Assembly (NCBI GenBank): GCA_040954595.2
Contig: CM082582.2
Coordinates: 3,952,303-4,016,302, forward strand
Direction of reading: 5' to 3'
DNA from: Balanoglossus misakiensis
Taxonomy: Eukaryota; Animalia; Hemichordata
DNA: 64,000 bases
The position numbers were made by a program, and so were the translations under genes. The notes under the pieces were generated by a model that saw only the letters and a program-made list of their open reading frames with translations, made no database searches and was not told the DNA's origin. This document shows positions 1 to 12,600 of the stretch, one piece after another (the stretch's first letter is position 1; every line of letters begins with the position of its first letter).

Positions 1-498
1 TGCCACACAGAACTCTGCTATTTATTTTTGTATTAAATTCAGCTTTTTTGCATTTTGGGAAAGGTGTTCATTTTCTAGAGCAACAAGTCTCTTCATACAA
101 GTTCTCTTGCCTGTTCAGTGTGATAACAGTAAACATGTGTCCGACATTGTGACCTTTCACTGAATTGGAGTCAGTGACCTGAATGACCTGGTGGTCAATA
201 AATTAAACTGGTTTGTTTGTTGCAACGATTCAAAGAAGGGAGCCATTCTAGAGATTCACATTTAGAAAGGTTAATATAGAACAGATGTTTATAATATTTA
301 ATATGAATTTTCTGATATCTCTTCTATGCTGCTTTTTCATCTCCTCATTTGTATTCCTAGACAACTACATCAACTGTGTCTGCTTGTATCTCATTATTGA
401 ACAGATAATTTTGCTGAGATTAAATGACAAGTGTACAGGGCACTTGTTTTTGTACAGGGTGCATTTTAGATAAGGGAATTAGGACCTGTTGATCTTAA

Positions 499-590
499 CC
501 CTTTCACCCCCAGTTCCCTCTATACATGTAGAGGTTCCAACCTTACCATAGAAAACAATGGATTTTGACTGAACCATGAAGGTGAAAGGG
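499..590. mobile_element. piggyBac-like MITE (about 90 bp)
   Basis: TTAA on both sides (495-498, 591-594); CCCTTTCACC...GGTGAAAGGG terminal inverted repeats; further copies at 42319 and 58024. Confidence 0.8.
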
Positions 591-3038
591 TTAAAGGTCC
601 ACTATGTGCATCTGTAACTTATGACTATTTTTTCAGTGTTTTTAGCTACTATAGACAATAGTCTGTCTGTCCAGCTGCTTGATTGCCCATCTGCCTGACA
701 GCTTGTCTGTTCTTGTACTCACAACATTACATGTAGCTCTGATCATGTAATGCATTTATAATCATAAATGTACATGGAAAACGGAGCTACTGAGATTGTA
801 AGATAGATGAGACAAGACAGGTGCAACTCTTCCATGACTGATACGACTTTTTCTTACGAAGTTTAAAAAAGGTGAATTAATGTTGACCTTCTTGTATAAC
901 TGTGAACGTGTACAGTGTACCATGATGACAGGTTTTTGTGAATACTGTATTTGAATTTTGAAAAGTAGAAAGTTCAAAATAAATGTGATGAATAAAGAGA
1001 AGGTCAGAAACTCATATTGGAATGTTGATTAAACCAAACAGGACACGGAGTATTTACAATTGAAGTCAACTCATAAACATTCACTCGAGGACATTTTTGT
1101 TTTGGTGGTCAGAACATTTCCTGAAATGCCTTTTACTTCCTTCCTGATATCTGGATAATGCGTATGCTTTGTTGATATCGTCCATTTCTCCTGGCCTATC
1201 GTCCATTTCTGCTAGCCTCGGGATAGAAACTGAGAATGTTCTACTCTCCCAAATCTTGGCTTCTTTTTGTGATAATAATCAACTAATGGGAACATTTCAA
1301 GTATGATGTCATGATAGGAATTATTGTGCCCATGTGTTAGTCATATGCAACGCAGCTTTCTGTGTGATGTCTTCCGCACATATCTTCCGAAGAATTTATA
1401 GCGGAAGATATGTATGTAGTTATTTATTTTGTTTGTAGTTATGTTTCCTATGTTTATTAATGTGTAAGATTTTATTGACCCTGAAAGCATGCTTTGAGCA
1501 GAGTGAATTGTTTGTTGTATACCATAAGGGTGACCTTTTTTGTTTCAACTTCTATTTTTCTAAGCTTTTGACACGGTGGGTAGGTGGGGGTTGCTTTGAT
1601 AATTAAAATATATGATCCATGACATTGGTTCTGAACCATGCAATCTTGAAAAGCGAGGGGAGACTGGCGGGTCAGGAAACTGAACAGTGCCCTCTTGTGG
1701 TGAATAAATGTAATGTCTGTGTTATGATGGCAGAGACAATGATGAGACAAAAGCCATGAAAGATGCAGAGGTCATCATATATCATCAGTATTGTTTATAA
1801 CTAGAGACATGAGAATGAACACATCTATGGGGTGGTAATGTGTTTACCACATTGACTTTATTTTTGCAGACATTGAAATACTAGTGTCATAAGTTGTTGA
1901 CGTCACACCCTCACCATGGCAACGTTTCTGGTTGATATATAGAGTTGGATAAATTTAGACTGTGAACGCATGTTTTAATTCATCTTTTTCTGTGATTGGA
2001 AGTTATAACAGTGTCAGACATGACAGCATATTAAACCAATGAGCTAAAGCAAATTTTGCATCTTGTAAACATATGAAATTGAGTGTTCTTGAGTTACACA
2101 TCTATAACCCCAGGACACTGAGAAAGCTAAGTGCAGGAAGACCATTCCAGACAGTTTGACTAGTCGCTGACTCAGGACAGGGATTTGGAATCGGAATAGT
2201 CCAGTTATTATTCATATACTGTACGGTCGGATATCCATTTGTGTGATTCTATACCAACCAGAGGAATTCTGAGTTTGCTGTGGACATATGTGCTATACAC
2301 TGTATTGGTCTTTGTAAAAATATTACTGTCAGTAGTCGTATAGTGATTTGCAAAGCTACAAAATGGTTTTAATATTATCAGTGCAGTCCAGAATGAAATT
2401 GCATCAAGGTATTTTCTACATAAATTACGCTTCTATTTCTTTAAATGTCATTCTCATTCACAATAATGTCACTTTAATTAAGGGACTGCTACGAAATTAA
2501 GGCACTGTCATTTTGTCTTATGGGACAACATGGCTTTATCTCTGTGTCATCCTCACACCCAATATATTGACACGTTCACATCTTCATCACTGGCCTTTCT
2601 CAGTTTACAGGATGTTGACTTTCTCCATTTAGGCCAAAGTCCAAATGTTCTCCGTCTTAGTAAAGACATGTGTTGCCATCCATCACATTCTGATTTGCCA
2701 ACTTCTGACGTCTTGACTGTTTGTCCTTAGGTGTCATCAGGATATGACTGTAGACAGCAAAAAAAGTCAAGGCTCACAACCAGTAACTTTACCCAATGTC
2801 AGGGATAATTAGTACCATAAAGTATAATGAATTCTTTATGTGGCATGCATGCATGTAAAGTAAAACTTTCACTACACAGTAAAACCTGTCTATACCGAAC
2901 ACAAAAGGAAATGAAGAAATTGTTCAGTTTGTAGAGGTGTCTGGTTTATAGAGGTTCCTTTAACATGCGGATTCCACATTAGACAATGTTTGGTGTAGAT
3001 GGTTTTACTTTATATGTATCTCAATAGTGAGTTATGTA

Positions 3039-4303
3039 TGGGTGTCTCAAAACACATTGTGCGACAAGAAAGTGCTAGTCGCACTTTGAGGGAAATGCTA
3101 TCTGCGACCACTAGCACTTTGATTCTGCGACCACTAGCACTTTGATTCTGCGACCACTAGCACTTGCATTCTGCGACCACTAGCACTTTGATTCTGCGAC
3201 CACTAGCACTTGCATTCTACTACAAGATTTTTTATTGGTTGTGTAACTTATGTGCGCAATTAATACCCCATTGACAGTAACGAGGTGTGAACGATTCGAC
3301 AAGGCAACGTCAATGCCCGATGCTTTCCCGGCCGATCCCAAGTTCGTCACGTTGATAAGTGCGGCAGTCATTGATCGAGTTAACAAAGCAAATGCCCCGG
3401 CCGTTGCGTCGCCTTTCCGTACTGTTTGTACAAACATGCAACCACAACTGTACATGAAAAAACTAGCTGCGTATTGCTCTCAGACTAAAACATCAATGCA
3501 ATGAGAAAACGTTGATAAAACATTATTTATATAGACAGAATAAAGGAAAAAGTTTATTAACGTAAGTACTGTACTCGATCGTATCGGCATCTTTAACACG
3601 CAAAGGTCACGGGTTCATGTGGGCGCGCACAACACTTAACTGCACTCATGCTACAGAAATACACACAGTCGTTTTTCAACATAAAAATATTACCTTTATT
3701 TAGACATAAAACCGCTAAAGGCAAGTATACCGATCACGGAAGCAAGTAGTCAGATTCATCGAGCGATTCATCTGATGAGTGCAGCGCGACCTTGACCATA
3801 TTCTACGATGTCAAAGGTCAGGTCATTCAAAAATGGCGATTGTGTTGTCATCGCATCGCAAATGCGCATTTCGCGCTCGTTTAATAGCTAGTTTTACTCA
3901 GCTACAAAAATCGACAAACCAGAGTTCTTATTAAAGTCGGTGTAAAATCAGACTTGGATATGATCTAGTAGAAATGAAAGGTCAGTATTTAACCAAACGG
4001 AAATTACGTGGATCGTGTATTTTGTACATGACACGAGTACAACATATCAAGTTATCATCTTGAAAGAAAGTTGAATGTCGCGATACTTTCAAAACCCCTC
4101 GATCGATACGACTGTGCTTTTTGAAACTGGTTTTTATTCAAGCTTGTTGGTCGCAAATGATCACAGCGCACAATGCAAGTACCAGTGGTCGCAGAATCAA
4201 AGTGCTAGTGGTCGCAGAATCAAAGTGCTAGTGGTCGCAGATAGCATTTCCCTCAAAGTGCGACTAGCACTTTCTTGTCGCACAATGTGTTTTGAGACAC
4301 CCG
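3039..4303. mobile_element. Non-autonomous Tc1/mariner-like DNA transposon with long TIRs containing 23-bp tandem subrepeats
   Basis: TA at 3037-3038 and 4304-4305; near-perfect inverted repeat of over 110 bp (GGGTGTCTCAAAACACATTGTGCGAC...); 5 copies of TCTGCGACCACTAGCACTTTGAT on the left, about 3 inverted on the right; no transposase ORF. Confidence 0.88.
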
Positions 4304-6618
4304 TATATACCTGCAATAGTCTAGAATCCAGGCACACAAAAAACACACAAGTCTGGATTCTAGACTAGTATCTCAAATACTGACTGTGACATTATTATTT
4401 ATTCTGAGATATTTTCTTGATCACTTGAAAGATTAACTGTAATTTAAAAATCTTGTTAGTGCTTCTAGTCCTGAGAAGCAATCATTGAATTGCATCAGCC
4501 TTCATGACATGCGTGTAAACAGTGAGGTTGTGTATTTTGAAGGCCTAAAAATTGCACCAGTTATATGATATGCTTAGCCTGTAATCAGACTATGAATAGC
4601 AGAGAGAATATTGTTGCCGCCACGGCTGCCTGAGCAGTGCGTTAGTCTAAGAAGAAACACATGTAATCATGCCAGATTTAATTTTGTTATTAAAACTTTT
4701 GGAACAATTTCAAGGTTTCAGATGGATTCCAGCTATTTAATTTGGTCTTGCAAAATTTGTCACATTTTAATAAAGCAAATGAACAGAATAAGTTTTGCAA
4801 TGTCCATTATCAATTGTACTGCATGACTATACTGTAGTTTAGTGTAGACTGGAAATATGATTAGCATTATTTATCTGCAACAGGTAATCTTTTTGTAATA
4901 TTAAAGCTTGAACTCGGTGAATTTTTAAAAGTTTTAATAATTGTACTGTAATCTTATAGTGCCAGCATCTGCAATAAGTGATTCAAAGAGTTAGACTTCC
5001 ACACTGCACATAACAAGAATGCTTGGTATTTTTTCCACAACTTCATGACAAAACCTGAGTGGGCAGCTTTTTATTTCCACTTGACAGCACAGAACAGTTG
5101 TTGGGAACTCATTATGTTGTGTAGGTTGTGTATTTTGGAAAAACATATCCTTCATTGACCCCAAGTTTAGCCATTATCAGTCAACTGGCTTATGAAATAA
5201 TCCAAGACTTGAAAGTTTGAAATCAGGTGATTTTATAACAAAATATCTCAGTGAGTTGTCAGTTTTATGAACGTGTTATAATTTTTGTGCGTTGGAGTCA
5301 TCTCCGAGTCAGGTTATTGACTAAGACTTGTCCTTGGTAAGTGCAATCTGTGCTCTGTGGCGGAACACAAGGTTGGTCCAGGAATAGCTGATTATTAAAG
5401 GGAGGTCCAGGGCCCGCTGTTTCTGCTGTCAGTTGAGGAGTCGTCTGTACTATCAAGTTACACACACTTTGGAGGCCCTGCAAGTAGATACTGCATACTG
5501 CATCGTGTTTGGCATATTGAGTCAGTACAGTATTGGAGGCTTTGGTGTCACCATCTAACTTCTATTTTTTTGAAAATTCGGAATTGGGGATATGTAACGT
5601 CTTGTTTCTAAACTTGTGAGTGTATCTACCAGGGCCAAGATGAAGTTGATGACAAAAGGAACACGGTGGATAGGTATTTATTTTTTCTCCTGAAAGTGTT
5701 CTGTATTGTGGTGATAATGATGATGATGATGATGGTGGTATCAGTGTGTGCGTCACAGACAGCTGCCATTGCATATTATCCTACATTGACTTCGGTGTTC
5801 TGTTTGTATAGCGCTGTGTGTTGAGGTTCTTGGAAGGAAACCTTCACTTAAACAACATGAAAGTTTGAGTGAAGTTGATAACTTTAATTTAATCCAAGTT
5901 GAATCATTGTGACATTGCCAATATTTTTTTTAAATAACATGTTAATTTAAACGTGTCATTTCCATATAACCAAACTGTTCCTCTTTTTGTATTCTTTGCC
6001 ATATGTTTGTTGATTTAATGATGTCACAAATTAAGTGTAATTACATTCTTGTTCAGTGGAACTCCCTTAGCATGTGGTTTAGATGGTAATTACCACGCTT
6101 GGCAATTAACAGAGTGAACTTGACCTCATGTCATTGCTGGAAGGGCCAGCCATATTTGTCTTGACCTTTAGAAGTGAACTCAGTACGGTAGTTTTAGTTT
6201 TAATAAGGCCAAAGTTTTGCGTCCACTGAAAATGTAGGTGGCTAAACAGTTATATAACACACACAAAAATATAACACATAAAAACAGTTTGCCTTCATTG
6301 ACAGTTTTGTCATGCTCTATGCATGTTCCTATAGTGATTTGACATGGCCATTTTACATTGCCAATTGGTTCTATGGCTGTCATATGACTGCACAAAGAAG
6401 TATGTTGCTGCAATATGAAAATCATGGCTTATTTTTGTGACACAATATTGTCCATGAGCAAACTTTCCGAAGAAAACTTTGTGTGTGTTTTTCTCAACAA
6501 CCTCTGAAAACCTATGCACATGTAGACGCAAAACAAAGAATTTACTTACTTTGGTCTAATTGTGTCAATCAGGACTTACCAATATTTATGCACTTTTTTT
6601 CTGATTATTTTTTTACAG

Positions 6619-6686
6619 AAAAATTACTTTCATCCAGCGGCAGAGAACTGAGAAGAGCTTTATTTTCCCTTAAACAAATATTCCAA
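6619..6686 (+). CDS. FHOD3: FHOD core exon, GBD/FH3 ([23 protein letters not shown])
   Basis: ttttacag acceptor, gtaagt donor, 68 nt, phase 1-0. Confidence 0.95.
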
Positions 6687-9600
6687 GTAAGTAAATGAGT
6701 CTTTGTGTAAGAGATTTTAAAATTCAAGGGTCATATTGTTGAGGTTAGTATGATCATTATGGACAATGATCTGCCACAAACTGTATGGATCAGTTTGAAT
6801 ACTTTGAATACTGGCTTCTTCCTGTTGATGTTGAAATGAGTGTTTTGAGAAGATGATATGAATGTGTTCAGGATTTATGATGTTGATAGAAATGGGCATT
6901 AGATAAGTCTTTGTAGCAGATGCTTGGCCTTGTGAGAAACGTCTGTAGAAGTTGATCTTTCTACGTTTTGGAGTGTGGAAAAGTGATTCATCTTCCCGGT
7001 AGAATACTGGAAATGATGAGTGAATGGAATTGATTCAGCATATTAACATGTAGAGTATTGTCTGATTGGGACCGGACATCATAAAATTATATTTACAGGT
7101 ATTAAAAGTATTAAACTATGATGCTGTTTTCACATGTGTAGAGAATTCTCTGGAAAATTACATGTCAGTTTGAGAAGTTCGCACTGGGAAATCTTTCCTG
7201 AGATAAACATGAACATAACTTCACTGGTCTCACAGTTAAACCACAAAATTGTATATCTTTGGAATCAGGGATGTGTAAATAAATTGCTGGAGCAGGAAGA
7301 ATTTGGTTAGAGCAGATAGTTTAACACAGCAAAAATGCAGGACAAGTGGGTGGAAGTTTTGACCAACTACAGAGCTATTCTTAGCCATATACTTCTTTGA
7401 TTACAAAAGTCCGCTGTGCCATATCCCTGCACCACTACATGTACTTCATCAATTATTTTTATCTTTTGAATTGATTATCTTTACTTCCATGTTAGCAAAA
7501 ATGAAATTCTTTTCCCCGAATTAGATAAAAAAAATCAAAACTGGCAGAGTTCAGCTGTCTTACCAAGAGTCTTTATGATTTCTTCAGATTTCTGTGAACC
7601 GATTTCTGTAGTTCACAATTAAAGCCACAGTATTTCTCGTAGGGGCAAAATTTTGTTTGAAACGGCATCTATAATTTCTAAAAGTAGATGATAATTGATA
7701 CTGAATCGAACAGTCATCATCCCCAGCTCTGCTGATAAACTCATACAATTTACAATATAACGAGTGAAGAATGACTTTCTGTCCGGACAGAAAGTCACGT
7801 GAGTCAGGCTAATGTTGACACACGTGACTAGTGCGCATGCGCACTCAAATGTGAATCTATGCGGAAGAGGTTTGGTCGCCCCAAATCAAGCGACTCAGCG
7901 AAGAAATGCGCACTAATTCGGCGAAATTTTGGGAAGATAACTTTATGGGAGAAATCAGTCGATGGAACCAGATCAAATCCGAAAATGGTCTGACCATCAA
8001 AATGTCAAAGTGGCACGTTTGCTGATCGACATGTACAACATTTCCGTTGTAAACAAACCCGCGCATCATTTCAAGTGTTACGGGCGATATTTTCGGCTTG
8101 CATGTAGCTACAATTGCCCAAACCTTTCTTCTGTCTTCATTATGTAATATTCCATGATGAATGTACTGGAAAAACGGGCTTTTTTCGATGATGAAAAATG
8201 GATGCACACGAGAAATACTGGGGCTTTAATAATTGTTGTTCCAGTTAAATTATTCAGTGTGTCTGCTTCGTGAGTTTTTAGCCAATTCTTTTGTTTAGCC
8301 CGTATCAATTCAGGCTTGGTTTAATCAGCTTTTGTGTCCGAGACCGATGGGTATTATCATTAATGGTATAAATGTCTGGCATAGAAGATAATCAGTGTTT
8401 GATAAGAAGTCAAAACAGTTGCCGAGTTGAAACCTATATGTGCATTGTTTGTACATTTTGAACAAAAACATCCAAAAATCCAATTTTGATATTTTATATA
8501 TCGCAATCTGAGTTCAATTTGTAATCTAACTATTGACGTACTTTGGAGTTTGAATGTGTTTTATGAAACATTTTGTATGTACTTTATAGAACAATGTAAG
8601 TTGCTTTTAGACATCTCCAAACTGTTCTAAGTCATCAGTTTCAAAGTTTGTCAATCTCACAAAACCATTTGAAAGTGAGACAAAGGCACTATGCATAAAA
8701 TTTGGAATATTTGTACCCTGAAAGTGATGATATGCGGTGTGGTTGTATATTATTATGAGTCATCGCTCATCCATATGGGATGTTAACAGTCTCAGGTTTT
8801 GAACACACAGTGTGTCACAGTGGTAGATTTGTGGGTGTACATTCTTGGCTCTCACCAGACTACATCATGCCCTACCTCTCAGAGCTTCCTAAATTACATT
8901 CACTGAATAATATACTTTGAACTGTTTTGCCATATCATTTCATGTATTGGTTTCCTGCATTAGTCATCTGTGGACTGGTATTGCTGGTAAAGAAGAGAGA
9001 TTTAAACAGTGCAGAAGTTTCTTTCAGGAAGCAGTTTTTCTGCAATTATTAAACATTGATAAATTGTTCACCTAATAAAAATATGGTACATTTCCACAAG
9101 TACTGATGGTACATTAGAAATTATGAGAAGAACCATCAAGTATAAAACCAGAAAGAAAAGAAAATCTTGCCAGACCAAAGTTGATGTAGAATTATGAGAA
9201 CCAAAAGAATTGCTATATAATGGAAACAACAAAAACAAAACGGGAAATTTTTCCGAACAATAACATTTTGCGAAATTTGCGAGAGCCAAAAAAATGCGAA
9301 AATGAAATGTCGCATAAAAAAGTTTTTCGGAGATGATGCAGTTAGTGAAATATGAGACGTAAAAAGTAACAGTTGCCTCTTTTAATATCGGGAAAATTTC
9401 CTGTTGGGAAAATTTCCCGGTTAACATAATGTGTTATACAATTATGAAAAATTGATGCAGTGGATGTAACTCATTCCTGATGTATTTTGTTCAACAGGAT
9501 GACAAAGATCTGGTTCATGAATTCGTTAGTGCTGATGGACTGGCGTGCCTCATCAAAGTGGGTGCTGAAGCTGACCAAAATTATCAAAACTATATTCTTA

Positions 9601-12600
9601 GAGGTAAGTTGAGATGCACTTGCTGTCCCAAATTGTCAGTATACATAGCAGTGTGCTATTTATACTAGATTGTGTTCAGAAAATATTAGCCAACTTGGTG
9701 TAAAGTATTAACATGTACATGTATTGGAATAATCTGTCATGTAGTCAGTTTAACTGTTACACTTGTTTCAGTTACGGACACTACCTCAGTATGGGCCTTC
9801 CATCTTCAGGGATGTAGAAAATAACTGACAGCTGGCAAAACAAGTAGCTTTTACTTTAGCCAAAAAAATGTTGGCTGTGAAAACATCAATGGAAAATCTC
9901 TGTACATAACTTATAATCACTTATAATTGTAGTTTTACCAGCTTTATCAAATATTTCCTACATCAATACATTTTCTGTAAACTTTTGAATTTGCCTGTAT
10001 ATCTGACTATCACAAGACTTAGTAGAGTAATTCCAAAGGTTGCAGTCAGTGCCTTCATTTCTACAAAAAATGTAATTAAAACTATTTTATACATGTACTT
10101 CATATCTTGCAAAGGAGACACTGTAGAACTTGGCAAAATCAAAGTAACTGGAAGACTTCACTTGATCCGTCAATGTTATACATTTCCTGCAGTAGTCAAT
10201 GTTAGGTTTATTGAAACTATAAAATAAATGATAAAAGTTTTACATCAGCTATGCTGGTTGTTTCTATGCTTAAAACCAAATATCCATCCGTTTGAATTCT
10301 TTAGATGGAAAAAAATTACGGAAGTCAGGTACTTTATGTATAATGTCTGTAATACCCTAACACCCCTGTTTTGCTCTAATGGATCTGTCCATACCATAGA
10401 CACAGTGGGGTTGTACCAAATTATAGTGTTCAGCAATTTCACCTTTTCACCTTTGCGTTCCTTGCTCATTTGACCAGTGGTCATCTTTTGACATTTGAGA
10501 GGAGGTTAAAGGTTAAAGGGTATGGAGTCATGCACTAGAATTATCTGCAGCAGAGAAGTTTATTACAATCTAAGAATTTGAGCTACCCACAAAGTAACCG
10601 TTCTGAATGTGGAAATTTGTTTGAATTTGGTATTTTACAGTAAAACATCATATCCTAGCGTAGTAACAGTAAAACCAGTCTAAAACCAGTCTGAACCAAG
10701 ACTTGTTTCATCCATAAGATTTGCATTGCTTTGTCATTCCAGATGAAGTTCAGACAGGGCTTATGTGTATTACTGGATTCTAGACTAGTTTTCTAATGTG
10801 TGAAATTAATCCATATGTTTGTGCCAGAGAGACCACACATTACGATTGAACCAACATAATCACCCCAGAACTGACAAAAATTGGTCATATTTTATTGCCC
10901 ACGGTCAGAAATATCAAACTTCCATCATGTGCTGTCATCTGACAGACTGTCAGTAGTTGACACACTCCAGCAATAGTTTATCAAGATAAAATTTCATTGC
11001 AGCCAAGCAGTAGAGGTCAGTGTTGCAGCAAAGTGGTCATTGACACTCCAGCTTTTACTTGTAGCTAGGACTTTCACTGACTGACTCTGGTGCAGGATGA
11101 TATCCGGGAAGTGATCCATGACTAGTGTTAACTTGCACTCTCCAGTGTTAACTTGTACTGACCAGCGTTAACTAGTGCTGACTATTGATAACTAATGCGT
11201 GGATTTGCACTAGCCACTTTATCAATACCACCTATGCAATGACTATTTAGACTGTCGACAGTCCCTCGCGCCTAATGTGTATCGATTCGGCGTTTCGTGC
11301 GAGGCCCGTTAGGCCCGTATCTTTTATGGGCCGAAGGCCCGAGGGCGTGGCCCGAGGGACTGTTATACCTTGTTTCGCCCTCACACGGGCACTGTGGGAA
11401 AATGCCCCTGTAAAATGATTGACAGTTAATACGTCATAAACTCATTGACCAATCATATTGTCACGCGGTATCAATTTACGCCCCTATATGCAAATTGTAC
11501 TACGTCATTTTCTGCATGCATAATTAATATCAAGGCAAGGCTTACAAGCTATAACAGTCCCTCGGGCCTTACGGCCCTCGCACCACGAAATGCCGAATCG
11601 GGCCTTCGGCCCTCGCACGAAACGCCGAATCGATACACATTAGGCGCGAGGGACTGTCGACAGTCTATGACTATTGAATTGTACGGACTATATGTATACA
11701 CTAACTACATTGTACTGTTGACTTGTACCAGTCTTTGTAACTATTATTATACTGACTGTTATTAGCTTGTTCTGGCAAGTGATGACTGGTACTAGCTGGT
11801 ACTAGCAAGTGATGACCTACATGCATGTTGGCTGATGTTGACCAGTGCATTCTACACTGATTGGTGATGGCTTTGATTTACAACAACTGACAGTGACCGA
11901 CAATGACTTTTATTAACTGACAATGACCTGACCAACCGATGATTACTTTATCATTGATTTGTTGTGTTGACAGCTTTTCATGACTATGTAGCCGGCCTTG
12001 CATCCAGCCTGTGTTTTTGTGGCTCTGGCCAAGCTCTTAGGCAATAGATCCTAAGGGAGCTGGGGTGGGGGTGGTGTGATTCTATTTTATTGGGTGACCC
12101 CCAATGAATCCACTGCCCCCCCCCCCCCCCATGCCAAAGAAACTGACCAGTCCCTAAGTTAATGGCTGTTATGCTAGCTGGCTCTGATGCCAGTTGTAGC
12201 CAGTTCATTTGGGTGCAGTCAAAAAATGGCACGAACACATCACAACATATGTCTTCTGTGACTCACCAAAGGCATGTGATGTGGTCAACAGCTGTGACAC
12301 CCAGTGGAGGAGATTGAGAGAAGGAGTCAGTGTCTGGCTTAGATAAGTAGAAAAGCTCTGGCTGTAAAAATTTAATTGCCTGTAACACGATTGTCAACTG
12401 TTTTTGCACAAAATATCAAGTGAATGACATTGCAAAGTATCAAGGTCAGTTGAAAACAGAGAATCTAGGAATTTTATCCTTTGCCAGGGATGTCAAAGCA
12501 ATTTGTCAACAAAAATATTAAAGTTTTGTAAAGATTTGCATTTTACCATAATTTGCTAACGTGTTCATAACAACAGAGACCAGCAAAATCTGTCGACAAA

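Noticed and set aside
3101-3215. Regular 23-bp repeats resembling a CRISPR array
   Set aside because: Units are contiguous with no unique spacers, there are no cas genes, the context is a eukaryotic intron, and the array is mirrored in the opposite TIR of a transposon.
1-6600. Short ORFs in the first 6.6 kb and an expected upstream FHOD exon
   Set aside because: No FHOD-like peptide or credible exon found; treated as intron, with the earlier exons lying upstream of the window.
7780-8350. CpG-retaining segment with overlapping short ORFs (7857-8207, 7962-8147)
   Set aside because: Probably a repeat fragment, but I could define no termini, TSD or protein homology, so it is not annotated.
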